From Octopus bimaculoides (lineage: Eukaryota): a DNA stretch of 64,000 nt. The notes beneath the pieces are model-generated. The model made no database searches and was not told where the DNA came from. It saw only the letters and a list, made by a program, of their open reading frames with translations. The stretch spans positions 91,346,099-91,410,098 of the forward strand of contig NC_068988.1 in the NCBI RefSeq assembly GCF_001194135.2, written 5' to 3'. How positions within the stretch are numbered: position 1 is the stretch's first letter; every line of letters begins with the position of its first letter. This document shows, one piece after another, positions 1-12,546 of this stretch. A program made the position numbers and the translations under genes.

Positions 1-310
1 GAGTGTTTATTGAAAGAAAACACCTAAAGCACCACGAGGCTCCAGCAGGGGATGGTGGCGAACCCTGCTGTACTCTTCACCACAACTTTCTCTCACTCTT
101 ACTTCCTGTTTCTGTTGTGCCTGTAATTCAAAGGGCCAGCCTTGTCACACTGTGTCACGCTGAATATCCCCGAGAACTACGTTAAGGGTACACGTGTCTG
201 TGGAGTGCTCAGCCACTTGCACGTTAACTTCACGAGCAGGCTGTTCCGTTGATCTGATCAACTGGAACCCTCGACGTCGTAAGCGGAGTGCCAACAATAA
301 CAACTATGAT
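1..310 (+). mobile_element. SINE family B (tRNA head, (CAA)n-type tail); 5' end cut by the window edge
   Basis: Near-identical to 20990-21294 and to the reverse complement of 59052-59362; ends in ...ggagtgccaacaataacaac. Confidence 0.9.
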
Positions 311-1361
311 AACCATAATTGTTTCGTTTGGCTGCGACTTGAAATTTTTAGTTACTTTCTTCTAAATTTTATTTTTATTTATTTTTATTTTTTTTACATG
401 TTCTTACTGAAAATGTACCGTTCTGGTTTTATTTCATCTCCGCCTACTCGTCACAGTACAGATGTGTTGGGAAGAGGGCTTTAGTCTCTGGTTCACTGCC
501 TCGTGTTCATCGATTTTTAAGACTGAGCACGAGACAACTGTTCCAACTATCCTCCGATGCTGTAAGAGATGGTGCAACTAGTGGAGCAGTGGGTCAGCAG
601 CAGTCGGTACCCGCTTTTATCGTTGATGCTGATTTTACTCACTTTTTCTTTAGTATTGCAGCTTCCTAAGGCTGAGAACCTTCACGTGGCACAAGTATAA
701 CAGCTTAACCTGTTTTGTACATCTAATCCCATTGGTCGTGTTTTGGTACTTTTTTTTTTTCACTCACGACTGGGCGCAATTTTGAAATGGCACTATAGTC
801 TTGACAGGTCATAAAGATTTGCAAGTCCACGTTGATCAATCCATCTCCGAGCACATGTATATCATCGCCCTTTCGCTTACCAGAGCTCTACTAGTCATTA
901 ACAATACCACAAGCTGTCATTCTTGTGTTACGTCGACCCATCTATTGTGGTACAAGTCAAGAGCCAGGATGAATTTTACTATTTCAGCCTACCATTTAGT
1001 TTCATCTTTAGTCTCGAAAAGCAGTCAGACGCTACAGTAAGATTTACCTCACTCAATAATCACAGTACTGCACCTTACATCAGTGAGTGGTTTTCTTTTA
1101 ACCTGTCTTTTAAAGACATACAACAACACACTCTTTTCTTTGTGATACGTCATCTTTCTCCTTATTCACTTTTAGATATACTTTCAGTCGGGTTTCTTCT
1201 TGATAGATCTCTTCAAACTTTGCACCTCTTACAGAATGTGTGAGAATACGTTTTACACGAGTCTTTCCTCACCTGTGTATGTGTATGTGTATGTATCTGT
1301 ATGAATGAAGTTGTTTATTGTTGTTATTATTGTTATCGTTACTAAACGAGTCGTTGTTATT

Positions 1362-2559
1362 GGTTTGAAATTTTGGCACAAAACCAGCGACTTCGGGGTG
1401 TGGGGTAAGTCGGTTACATCAACCCCAGTGCTCAACTGGTACTTACTTTATCGACCCCGAAAGGTTGACCGGTAAAGTCGACCTCGGCGGAATTTGAACT
1501 CAGAATGTTCAGACGAATGAAGTGCCGCTAAGCATTTTGCCAGCTCGCCGCTTTATATCATTATTGCTAACATTCGTACCAAAAACAGAAGAATCAAAAA
1601 TACATATTTTTTTGTTCTTTTTTTTTCTATCTTTAACAAAATTTTTGTTCAACTTTAGGTTCTGTGTTAGCTTTGCTCAAAAGCTAAAGCTATTGTTTGA
1701 TTTAGGGAAGTGTCTCACCTGGATTTTTTTGTTGCATGTCGGCTTGCGAAGTATTAAAGGTCTTTAATTTTTAATTTATTTTATTTTACTTATTTATTTG
1801 TTAAATACGACTAAACAAAAGAGAAACTTCTGGACTTCTTTTCAATAATTCCGCGCGATATAACATTTAAATGATAATCTAACATTTTTTGTAATCAACA
1901 AAAATGTAATCCATAAACCAGAGCAAAAGTAAGCGTGTCTTTCCAGGGCACGAAGCAACAACAATAATAATGATAATGGCTTCAAATTTTGCCACAAGGG
2001 CAGCAATTTTGGGGGAGGGGATAATTCGATTACATCGACCCCAGTGCTGAACGAGTCATTATTATTAGTTTGAAATTTTGGCACAAAGCTAGCGACTTCG
2101 GGGTGTGGGGTAACTCGGTTACATCAACCCCAGTGCTCAACTGGTATTTAATTTATCGACTCCGTAAAGATGAAAAAGCAAAGTCGACCTCAGCAGAATT
2201 TGAACGTACAACGTATCGAAGGGCGAAATACCGCTAAGCATTTCGTCCAGTGTATTAACGGTTCTGTCAGTTCGCTACCTTAAATAATGATAATAAAAAT
2301 ACATAATAATAATGGTAATCTTCAAGTTTAGGAAGATAAAAAAATAAATAAAAATATTCAAGGGAAATAACTGAACGACTTACCAGTATTATCCGTTTTC
2401 TTCTAGCGGTTTATAAATAAATCACACCCTAACCCTAACGTCAATCAAATCACGTGTGTGATTTATTTATAAACAGAGATGTACGGAGAATACTGGTAAG
2501 ACGTTCAGTTACTTCCCTTGAATTTTTTTTTTTTAATCCCCCTAAACTTGAAGATGACC

Positions 2560-2591
<32 letters not shown>

Positions 2592-3213
2592 CCTTTTTAC
2601 AATATGCATAAGGCCCGAAATTTGTGGGGAGGGGACCCCAGTGTGTCACTAGTATTTAATTTATCGACCCTGAAAGGATGAAAAGTAATGTCGACCTCGG
2701 TAGAACGTTAGGACGGACGAAATGCTGCCAAGCATTGTGTCCGGCGTGCTAACGATTCTGCCAGCTTGCAGCCTCAATAATAATAATAATAATAATAATT
2801 CTTTCTACTATAGGCAAAAGAATCTGAAATCTTGATTGAGAGGGCTAGTCGACGCCAGTACTTGACTGGTATTTATTCCACCAACCCCGAAAGGATGAAA
2901 AACAACGTCGAACTCGACAAAATTTGAATTCTAATCGCAAAGGCAAACAAAATACCGTTAGGCATTTTGTCCGGCATGCTAACAATTCTGCCAGCTTCCC
3001 ACCTCAAGCAATAGTAATGATGATAATAATGCCTTCTGATTTAGACACAAGGCCAACAATTTTAAGAGGTGGAGATTACTTGACTAATACTTTATTTTAT
3101 CGACTCCTAAACAAAGAAAGGTAGAGCTGATTTCAGTGAGAGTGAACTCAAAATCTAAAGAACCGAAACAAAACATTTTTTCCGGTATTCCAACGATTCT
3201 GCTAACTCAGGTG
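1362..3213 (-). mobile_element. Head-to-tail array of about six SINE family A copies (approx. 1362-1553, 1978-2052 partial, 2068-2281, 2600-2775, 2810-3005, 3038-3213)
   Basis: Recurrent gtcgacctcggcggaatttgaactcagaa...gctaagcattttg...ccagctcgccgcct. On the minus strand this gives an A-box (tggcagaatcg) and a B-box (gttcaaattcc). Copies are separated by (AAT)n. Confidence 0.88.
2356..2523. mobile_element. Fold-back MITE-like element with nested inverted repeats and a CCCTAA-containing spacer
   Basis: Outer arm attcaagggaaataactgaacgacttaccagtattatccgt pairs with acggagaatactggtaagacgttcagttacttcccttgaat (3 mismatches). Inner 19-bp perfect arms at 2409-2427 and 2456-2474. Confidence 0.75.
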
Positions 3214-3369
3214 CAAGGTTTGAAATTTGAGATCGGAGATATTCTAATACATCGCTTCAAATTGTATTTTTTCGACCGCAAGTGAATAAAAGACGAAGTT
3301 GAAGTTGGCATTTGAGACTCAGTACGTGTTACATAACTCTGAAAGCGAAATATTTTTATGTACGGTGAG

Positions 3370-3515
3370 GGAGCATACAAACGGGAATAGGTGTTATAGA
3401 GCTGTCCCAATTCGCAGGGTTTCTAAGGAGTCTAAATCACCGATATACTCTCCCTGAACGGGATTCGTGGCAGGGTTGCTCAGTTACAGCTGAGCGGACT
3501 ATAACAACGTGAAAT
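3370..3515 (-). mobile_element. Decayed SINE family D fragment (similar to 35237-35480)
   Basis: Minus strand reads agtccgctcagctgtaactgagcaaccctgccacgaatcccgttcaggg, matching agtccccgcagctgtaactgagtaaccctgccatggaccggcatcctgtcagg at about 35352. Confidence 0.55.
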
Positions 3516-3553
3516 GAAGTACTATTCTATATTTTTGAGATGAGGAATTATGT

Positions 3554-3724
3554 ACATTATTTACAATGGCTGGAAAGGTGTCCTCACCTTGTTTGTTGTT
3601 ACCACAACGTTTCGGCTGATGTACTCTCCAGAACACTTGATGAAAGCTGGAGAGTACATCAGCCGAAACATTGTGTTAACAACAAACAAGGTGAGGACAC
3701 CTTTCCAGCCATTGTAAATAATGT
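3554..3724 (+). ncRNA. Fold-back (78-bp arms, 15-nt loop) containing a degenerate minimal type I hammerhead ribozyme; Penelope-like terminal repeat remnant
   Basis: Arms 3554-3631 and 3647-3724 have 2 mismatches. 3632-3677 reads AACAC-UUGAUGA-a-aGCUG..CAGCc-GAA-ACAU-U-GUGUU (stem I, core, stem II, GAA, stem III, cleavage base, stem I). The inverted arm preserves the palindromic ACGU stem III. Confidence 0.7.
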
Positions 3725-4020
3725 GAAATGAAATATTTTGCTCCAGAACAAAGCGCATCGCCCTGATCCAGAATCGAAAACGCAATCTTGTGATCGTATG
3801 CGTGCAACACACTTAATCACTACGCCACGCGCTTTCACACAAGATGTCATAAGTTATCTATTTAAGTAGTGCTTAATCACTTACTTTAATATTTTGTAAA
3901 TCATCTATTTAAAGATGTCCTTCTAGTAATTCTTTGCCCATGAGGTGTTCAGGTTCAAACGTAACAGAACTCTTTTCTTCACAGAGACATTAATGTACCT
4001 CAATCTGTTCTTATATTTGT

Positions 4021-4232
4021 TTAACCCTTTGCCTGTGCTGTGCATCACATGCAATACACAGGACATATATCCCAGGTGTTCATGCATCGTATATGATACA
4101 CATTCACAATTTTTTTCAAACACCAGAGTAATCGGGACTTATTACTCACAGCGTATGAAACAATGGATAAAACAAGCACGGACGTTTAGAACAAACTTAT
4201 GAAAATTCTCTGGAGAAGCAAAAGGTTACATT
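4021..4232. mobile_element. piggyBac-type MITE (TTAA/CCC terminus), same family as 34614-34810 in opposite orientation
   Basis: Begins ttaaccctttgc and ends gcaaaaggttac. The reverse complement of its right end aligns with ttaaccctttgctttgccataccattttcataactttgtcctaaacgttc at 34614. Confidence 0.6.
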
Positions 4233-5398
4233 TTGTACTGTTTTAATGTTTTTATTTGATTATTTTTGTTCAGAATTTGCTTGTTATTTAGTTATCGAGG
4301 TCGACCAATTAACTTTCTGTCCCTCAAGTGTGGAAAGTGATTTCTCCAAATATTTCAATGTTTTACGAATTCTATTAATAACATGATTTATGGCATAAAG
4401 AAGTCTTTCATCTAAAATCTCACAAAGACTGAAATGTTTCCGATGTAAGGTGTTGAAATATTCATGCGTTTCCCTTAATAACATTTGCCGCTTAAATGAA
4501 ATGAAATAGCTCCAGCTAAGAATTAAAACGGTGTTTTTGAGGATTTGTTTAGCTCAGAAATGATTTCTTTCAATGTTATCCTTCACAAAATTGACAAGGC
4601 AGAAGACCTGGCTTTTTAAGAAAGGTAAATCAATCAATTGCAGTGATACTCGTGTCTTCCTCAGGTACATTGCTGGTGTAAGTAAAAGAAACATAGTTTC
4701 GAAAGAGTATCTAAATCGTATCATAAACTCACCAGACTGTAGGAAGTGACTGTTAGCACCTAATTAATTTATTCTAAATTACTTGCTTCATTTAAGAATA
4801 TGATATCACGCTTGGATGAAAATGCATAAGACAATATAAAACTATGAAAATATAGTAATTTTATAGTAAGTATTTCTGTGTGTGTGTGTGTGTGTGTGAT
4901 AGACCCGAGTTTCATATTATACTTATTTAAAATACAAACAGACACGTGTTTTATATTTTACAACTGTATTTCTATATGGTGGAATAATACTAGGCAAAAA
5001 CTTAAAAATCAAACTTTTATGATGTACCTAAATATAATTGATGCAATCGGATTCCACGTGATATAATATTTTAAAATTATGCAGTTAGATATAGAAAATG
5101 ATACAATTATATTGCATATTAAGATGATAAAATCCTCATTTATACGATATTGCAATTGTGTTTTCTATAATATTAAATATCATACAATATTATCATTATA
5201 TTTATAAATTACACAATTATTTTTATAATATAATACATGCAATCGTACATTATTGAAACAATGAATTATGCAATATGCAATAACTATATATACACATTTT
5301 ACATGTACAAAATATTACATACTTATATTTATAAATTGTATAATTGTTTTAATAATATCATCCAATTATTTTGCTTATATTATTCTTGTTTTATTTAT

Positions 5399-5622
5399 TT
5401 AACCCTTTTTATACCATCCCGTTTGAGGCTGCTCTTGATTCTATGGTACACACTTTATTTTCAAGTCATCTAAATAAAAACCTTCGGTCAAAACTTCATA
5501 ATTTATGTTACTAACATTAGCTTAATAATGACAAAGTTATTTCAATAAATTTTTCATTATTTTAAAAATTAATTGACATAACAGCTGTGTATTTCGGCAG
5601 AAGTATGTTAACAAAAGGATTT
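5399..5622. mobile_element. piggyBac-type MITE, second family
   Basis: ttaaccctttttatacc ... gttaacaaaaggattta; the right terminus is a decayed inverted copy of the left; about 220 bp, non-coding. Confidence 0.55.
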
Positions 5623-5924
5623 AGAATATAAGAAACTCACCAATTTAGTTTTCAAACGTTAATCCTAAATCCTCTGAATCTGTTTCCAGTGCTCTTTAAG
5701 TTCCTCTTAGTAATAATATTATCCTGACTAACCTTCCGCTTAGTTAAGAAGACCTTTGTCTTCTGACAGTAAACGCTAAAATTGAGACAATTAAAAATAG
5801 CAATTCCGTTTACAAGAGAAACTCTTGAAGTTGAATTTGTCATTTGGGACTCTTTTTCGTCACTCGCCTTAAATTAACAATCTTCCAATTTTCTTTGGCC
5901 GCCGGAGTATATATATATGTGTGT

Positions 5925-5974
<50 letters not shown>

Positions 5975-6147
5975 AAACAAATACCGGAGTACTCAATGCA
6001 TGTTGTAATATATACGGTTTCTTTAAACTGAATATATATCTCTGGACGTCAGTTTCAAGGTACTGCAAACTTATGTACGTATGTATGTGTTTATATATAT
6101 GTGTGTGTGTGTGTGTATGTGTGTGTGTGTGTGTATGCACGTATGTA

Positions 6148-6193
<46 letters not shown>

Positions 6194-6654
6194 ATTGTGA
6201 AAGAATATATGAATATATCTATATCTATATAGATTTGAGGGCCGAAACAGAGAAATCTGCTGTAGATTAAGGGATTTAACGTAAAATAATCACAGGCACA
6301 ACCGCAAAATGATGGACCGCGCAGGCGCACAGAAGCAATCGGCAATGACGACTGTTAATCACTCAAACCCTTATTGCTACTAGCCACAGTGTTTCTCTGG
6401 GGTTTTGATTAATATTTCTTTCCAGCGACAACAGCAACAACAATATGCAACTGTATTATCTGTGTTTTCTTTTCAACAACCTCGTCTTCAGCATAACCCA
6501 CACGACTCTATTGCACGTTTTTTTTTCGACATCCGGGCAAGTGTCATGGCACCAGTGACCATCATCGAAACAGTTTGTTGTTCTTTAAACTTTTAATTTA
6601 GTCTTCATTTGATGTTCTACTGCTACTTCTTGAAAACATTGTTCTTGTTACTAT

Positions 6655-7755
6655 CGTTCACTGCTGCTGCTGCTGCTGCTGCTATTGATACCGTTGTTGT
6701 TGTTGTTGTCGTCCTCGTCCTCGTCATCTACAATTACTGTTACTACTATTGTTAGCAACTTTTGTTCTGTTTTCTGTTGCTTTTGTTATTGTTGATAGGG
6801 GCTATTTTTTCAAATTTTAATCATCATCACCATTACCATTGTTGTTGTTGTTGTTGTTCCTCTTCATCATCATCATTATTATTATTATTATTATGGAGCA
6901 CGTGTACAAAAATATAATAGAAAAAGAAAGCTACTTGCTTACATATGTGTTTATTCATACAAACATACATATAAAATGCAAAAGTACAAATATGCAAATA
7001 AAACACGTATACACACACACACACCACACACACACACCACACACACACACACAAACGCGCGCGCGCATGCACACACGCATGCACACATGCGCACACAGAG
7101 ACACCAGAGTGCACAAATATACACACACGCTTATAAGCATATAACACTTCTTCATAATAAACACATATACACACCCACATGGTTTGATATATGTGTGCGT
7201 TTCTGTTTTGAAAAGACCGCCTCGGATGGGAGTGCTATATAGGTGCGGGTCCTCCACCCCGGGTAGGTAGAGAGATATTATGCTGGTAAAGATATACTTT
7301 CTCACTGTGTCGGTGTGTCGCAAACAACGCTACGTACAACTGTCAGCTGATCGACCACACGTCTCCAAGGAATGCGGGCTGCCTCGATTGCTTCTGATGT
7401 TCGTATTTACTCTCTCTTCTTCTCTTTCTCTATCGCTCTCTCTCTCTCTCTCTCACACACACACTCTTTCGCACCCTCTATTTCTTCTTTCCCACTGTAT
7501 CATTCCCACTTCTTTCCCACTCTCTCTTTCTTCCTCTTTCACTCTTCCATCTTCCCTCTCTCTCTCTTCCTCTCTCTCTCTCATTGGCGCTTTTCTTCCG
7601 TTTCATAATCGTTTATCTCTGCTCCATCTCGTCTTCTCTTTTCTTTGTCTATCCATCTATCTATCTATCTATCTACCTGTCTATCTGTCTGTCTGTCTGT
7701 CTATCTATCTGTCTATCTATCTATCTATCTATCTACCTGTCTATCTGTCTGTCGG

Positions 7756-7802
<47 letters not shown>

Positions 7803-8281
7803 GTCTGTCGGTCTATCTATCTATCCATCTATCTATCTATCCATCTATCTATCTATCTAACTATCTATCTAACAGTTTGGCTGTCTGTCTGTTTATACTC
7901 ACACATTATCTCCTCTGTTGTACTCTGTCGTACTCTGTTATACCTTTCATCTCACAACGTTATCTCCCTAATCTTCTCCCTTCACTCCCCATCCCCACAC
8001 CCTCTCCCCTATCCGTACCCACATCAGAACCCCACCTTCCGTCTTCCTCACTACCCTTTCGTATTTTTCTCTTTCACTTTTCCGGTTTTCTTTCTTTTCT
8101 CTTCAATTTATTTCTTAATATTCTTGCTTTTGAACACAAAAGATGTACAATACATAACACACACAAATACAACACAATATGTATAGAATAGATAGCTAAC
8201 ACATCATATGCAACATAAATCATACACAGTACATAATAGACACATTTAAACACAGGAATAACACAGAATTAAGTACACACA

Positions 8282-8315
<34 letters not shown>

Positions 8316-8316
8316 C

Positions 8317-8357
<41 letters not shown>

Positions 8358-8581
8358 GACTGAAAGAGATAGATAGATAGATAGATATATAGATAGATAG
8401 ATAGATATGTAGATGAATACACATATTTATATAGATGTAGATGAATAGGTATATATTTATAGAGATAAATAGATATAGATAATGCAAATATATGTGTATG
8501 TATGTATGTGTATATACAGAGAGAGAGAGAGAGAGAGAGAGAACGCACGGCATAGAACGACAAAATCAAATCATTCACATG

Positions 8582-8613
<32 letters not shown>

Positions 8614-8724
8614 TAGATAGATAGATCACATGAAAGTACAAAAAACAATCACAGCTAAACACATACACACTCTGGTACACCGATATATGGGTATAAATAT
8701 ACACGCAGCACACAAAAGTGGCAT

Positions 8725-8776
<52 letters not shown>

Positions 8777-8780
8777 GCAC
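6655..8780. repeat. Compound microsatellite field: (CTG)n, (GTT)n, (ATT)n, (CA)n, (CT)n, (CTAT/CTGT)n, (CATA)n, (GATA)n, (GA)n
   Basis: Directly visible; accounts for the low-complexity ORFs such as 7280..8191 and 7584..8186. Confidence 0.95.
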
Positions 8781-9053
8781 ACACACGCACAAATACAAAT
8801 GATCAACAGACGATCGCTCGACCTGCTAAAAATAGTAGCCATAGTTCTTTCAACTCGCACCCTAGCATTTTAAAAAGGAAGGATACATTGGATAAGGTCG
8901 TCTCAAATAAGTTATATACGTAAAAATAAAAGAATCGATTATCACGGCTGGAATTCCTTTAATCATTGATCTATTTGATGGGGGCTTATTGGTGGTTAAA
9001 CAGTAATATTAAAATTGCTATCCCACACCGTCTCCCGTCTATATATATATATA

Positions 9054-9822
9054 CAGGGTGGATGAAAAGTAAGTAAGCATTAAAAATTGATAATAAAGTC
9101 CATATTCCGTTTGCAAATTTATTGAAACAAATGATACATGCTCTTTATTAGATGAGAAAATGAAAGTAAATCTTCATATTCCAACGTAAGCACCGGTGGC
9201 GTCAACCAGTTTCCTCAAACGGCCAGGGATGAAATGAACAACATTCTGAAGGACGTTGTCTGGGATATCATTGAGAACCTTCTGAATTCGTATCTCCAGG
9301 TCCTACAGTGTGCGAGGTTTTGTCTTGTACACCTCCTCTTTTGTGTTACCCCACAGGTAAAAATCACATAGAGTGAGATCTGGACTTCTCGACTTCTACG
9401 GTCACAGTTTTCAGATTTTAGCTCTTGCACGTAATGGGGTTTCCACGGACGAAAATTCAATTCCTTATGCAATATCGCACGTATTGTGTGTCTTGTTAGT
9501 CTGCTTTCACGAGCTGCTTCACGTGTTGATTTTTGCGGGATGCAATTAAGCATTTCCTACACTGTTGCCACGTTCTCCGCTGATCGGGATGGGGTTGGAT
9601 GGCCACTTCTTCTTACATCGTTCACACAGCCAGTGGTCATCAGCTTTGCATGATACTTTTTATTGTCTCCTGGCGTAGTGTTGCATGCTTACCTTTCCAT
9701 GCACGCCACTATCTCTGAACCAAAACAATGAAATTCCACACAAAATGTTTTCGTCATGACTTCAGTGATACTAGAATTTTTATAAGTAATTTCTAATGCT
9801 TAGTTACTTTCCACCTACCCTG
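9054..9822 (-). mobile_element. Internally deleted Tc1/mariner-superfamily transposon (DD37D/DD41D-like), both TIRs and TA TSDs present
   Basis: TIRs cagggtggatgaaaagtaagtaagcatt and (rc) cagggtaggtggaaagtaactaagcatt; TA at 9052-53 and 9823-24. Minus strand gives the HTH region PQKSTREAARESRLTRHTIRAILHKELNFRPWKPHYVQEL joined to RSPDLTLCDFYLWGNTKEEVYKTKPRTL; most of the catalytic domain is missing. Confidence 0.88.
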
Positions 9823-11779
9823 TATGTATATATATATATATATATATNNNNNNNNNNNNNNNNNNNNNNNNNNNNNNNNNNNNNNNNNNNNNNNNNNNNN
9901 NNNNNNNNNNNNNNNNNNNNNNNNNNNNNNNNNNNNNNNNNNNNNNNNNNNNNNNNNNNNNNNNNNNNNNNNNNNNNNNNNNNNNNNNNNNNNNNNNNNN
10001 NNNNNNNNNNNNNNNNNNNNNNNNNNNNNNNNNNNNNNNNNNNNNNNNNNNNNNNNNNNNNNNNNNNNNNNNNNNNNNNNNNNNNNNNNNNNNNNNNNNN
10101 NNNNNNNNNNNNNNNNNNNNNNNNNNNNNNNNNNNNNNNNNNNNNNNNNNNNNNNNNNNNNNNNNNNNNNNNNNNNNNNNNNNNNNNNNNNNNNNNNNNN
10201 NNNNNNNNNNNNNNNNNNNNNNNNNNNNNNNNNNNNNNNNNNNNNNNNNNNNNNNNNNNNNNNATATATATATATATATATAAAATCATCTAACGTTCAA
10301 AGAGGTGAGCAGGATGACTTTAATGAATCGAGGATATGCTCATATCAAGGAAAGACAAACATTGTTGAACAATAACAATGTTGGGGAGAATACGTACTTA
10401 ATATCGCAAATACCTCCAAAAAGCTGTTAACCAATAAAAAATACATCAGTAACGAAATAATGAAAAGAAAAATAATAACGTTAATAATAATTTCTGTCAA
10501 GAACGAAAAGGTAGGCAACTCCGATATCTAGATTACATAAAGTTCGGCTGAAGTTGGGAGTGAGCTTAATCTTTGGTAACTATGGTAATAAAACCAGACA
10601 TATTTCTACCTAATTAGACTTACTCAGCGAAGCATAATCATGTGTATAAGTACAAGAGTCTAGAATAACTGAAAAACTATATGTAGCTTTTGGATAAAAA
10701 GTAAAAGTAACTGATTAGGTAATTAAAAATAACACTGAAAATTTTTCCTAGGGTTGTTTTCTGCATGAAGAGTATATAGTTAAATAGGGGTTACTAAACT
10801 TAATATAGTGGACCACGAACAAATCTTTTTAGTCATTTAAAATTACACTTCTAATGAAAAGAAAATAACATTAGCGTGGTGCATGTGGTGAGCTGCGTGT
10901 ATACCAGTTAATTAAATGAATTATTGAAACGTACGTAAGACTAACCAATGAACTGATTTACATGTCAATGGTGTGTGTATGTGTGTGTGCAGAGTCAGGT
11001 AAGGGGGTATAGTTCCGAAATCCAAAATTGATTAAACATGAAATGGTGACTTGTAGTAAGGAGTGGTTTGCTGAGTATTTTAAATGCGACTTCAGTAGTA
11101 ATATTCAGTGTTTGTTTCTTACACAATGGTACTGGTCGCATAGAGCGTTTGTTAGCGCTTATTTCACTATTTATCACTTACCTGTTCATATAAAAGATGT
11201 CCCTTGGGAAATGTTTCGTTATTGTTAGACAAATGTGTAACAAGTACAAAAATTGTTAGCCTGCTTCACAATATAAAACGGAACGAAAATAAACGAACAT
11301 TTTGAAAACATTATCATACTTCATACTTAACTCAGCACTCGTTTTAACATCATACCAGCGGGCTCTTGGATGTCTTTAGCAGGATTCAGTCTGTTGTAAA
11401 CATCTGAGGGCCAGGTCTCCGATCAGAGAATAACATGAGCACGGCCTTAAAGTATATGCAAATGTTGTAAAACATATTAAAGGATTTAAAAGAAAGGAAA
11501 CTCATCACAGCTTTTGACAAAATAATTGAAAAAGAAATTTAACTAACTAGTAATATTTTAAAACATAATTTACAATAAGTAAAAATAATCCACTGTCAGA
11601 TATGGAAGTGAAATTCTAAATTAAGAGTAAAATCAGTTAAAGGAATTTCTTGTATTCCAATTTTTTGCAACACTCGGAAACTTCATTAATTTTAATTAAA
11701 ACTATATCTGTAAATTTTTTGAAATGTTCATCAACAATATTTCTTGATTTGGTTGAACAAATGATATTTTTCACATGCT

Positions 11780-12330
11780 AAATAAAACGTTTAATGACGC
11801 GGAATTTGATACAGAATTATTTTTTTTTAATTTCACTGCATTTTATTCTGTTGGATATAAAAAGGTTATAGCTAGCAATACCCTAAATAATTGTTCAATT
11901 ATGAGATATTTTGGACCCGTCTTCAGAAACATTGAAATCAGAGACCAATAGAAAGAGAAGAAAGGTTGCGTGAATTAACTTAGAATCTTAAACTTCGAAA
12001 ATGGTTTTAATGATTTTCGTGACTGAAGAAAACAGGACTCTGTTCAAAGATTTTGTTGCTGCAGAAACATTAAAGAAAGCAAAATATTGTAGCTAACAAA
12101 TTCTGAACAGAATTGCCATATGATTTGCCGATGCAGAAAAAGGAATTTCGCAGCTAAATAGGTGATGAGATAGCCAGTGTATATAACAACTAAACTCAAA
12201 TAATGCTTTACAACCGTCATTTGTTTTGAACTTCTTACAATATTCTTCGCTTTTGATAAGAGAGTTCGTGTAAACGAGAGTTTACGAAGATATTCCAGAA
12301 GTCATTCGAAAGTTATTACCGGATAAGGAA
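11780..12330 (+). mobile_element. Possible highly decayed hAT transposase remnant
   Basis: Frameshifted pieces such as ENGFNDF resemble the hAT insertion domain; many stops; weak recognition only. Confidence 0.3.
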
Positions 12331-12471
12331 TATTTCAAAAGTATAAAAGTATTGATATTCATATTTTTCAGATAATTCATTANNNNNNNNNNNNNNNNNN
12401 NNNNNNNNNNNNNNNNNNNNNNNNNNNNNNNNNNNNNNNNNNNNNNNNNNNNNNNNNNNNNNNNNNNNNNN

Positions 12472-12546
<75 letters not shown>

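Noticed and set aside
800-1245. Complex-looking stretch with ORFs 801..1040 and 923..1243
   Set aside because: Faint resemblance on the minus strand to a Tx1 ORF2 C-terminus, but too decayed to call; no splice-supported exon.
4290-4400. PSSVESDFSKYFNVLR, reminiscent of the hAT dimerisation motif (S..ERSFS)
   Set aside because: A single short motif with no supporting collinear motifs.
6240-6400. CpG-containing stretch with gcgcaggcgca (NRF1-like), possible promoter; similar motif clusters at 24400-24850
   Set aside because: The motifs are short and there is no associated exon or transcript evidence.
7280-8860. Long ORFs (up to 303 aa) such as 7280..8191, 7584..8186 and 8246..8860
   Set aside because: Pure microsatellite translations (LSIY, CV, RE repeats); the same applies to every ORF containing X runs across gaps.
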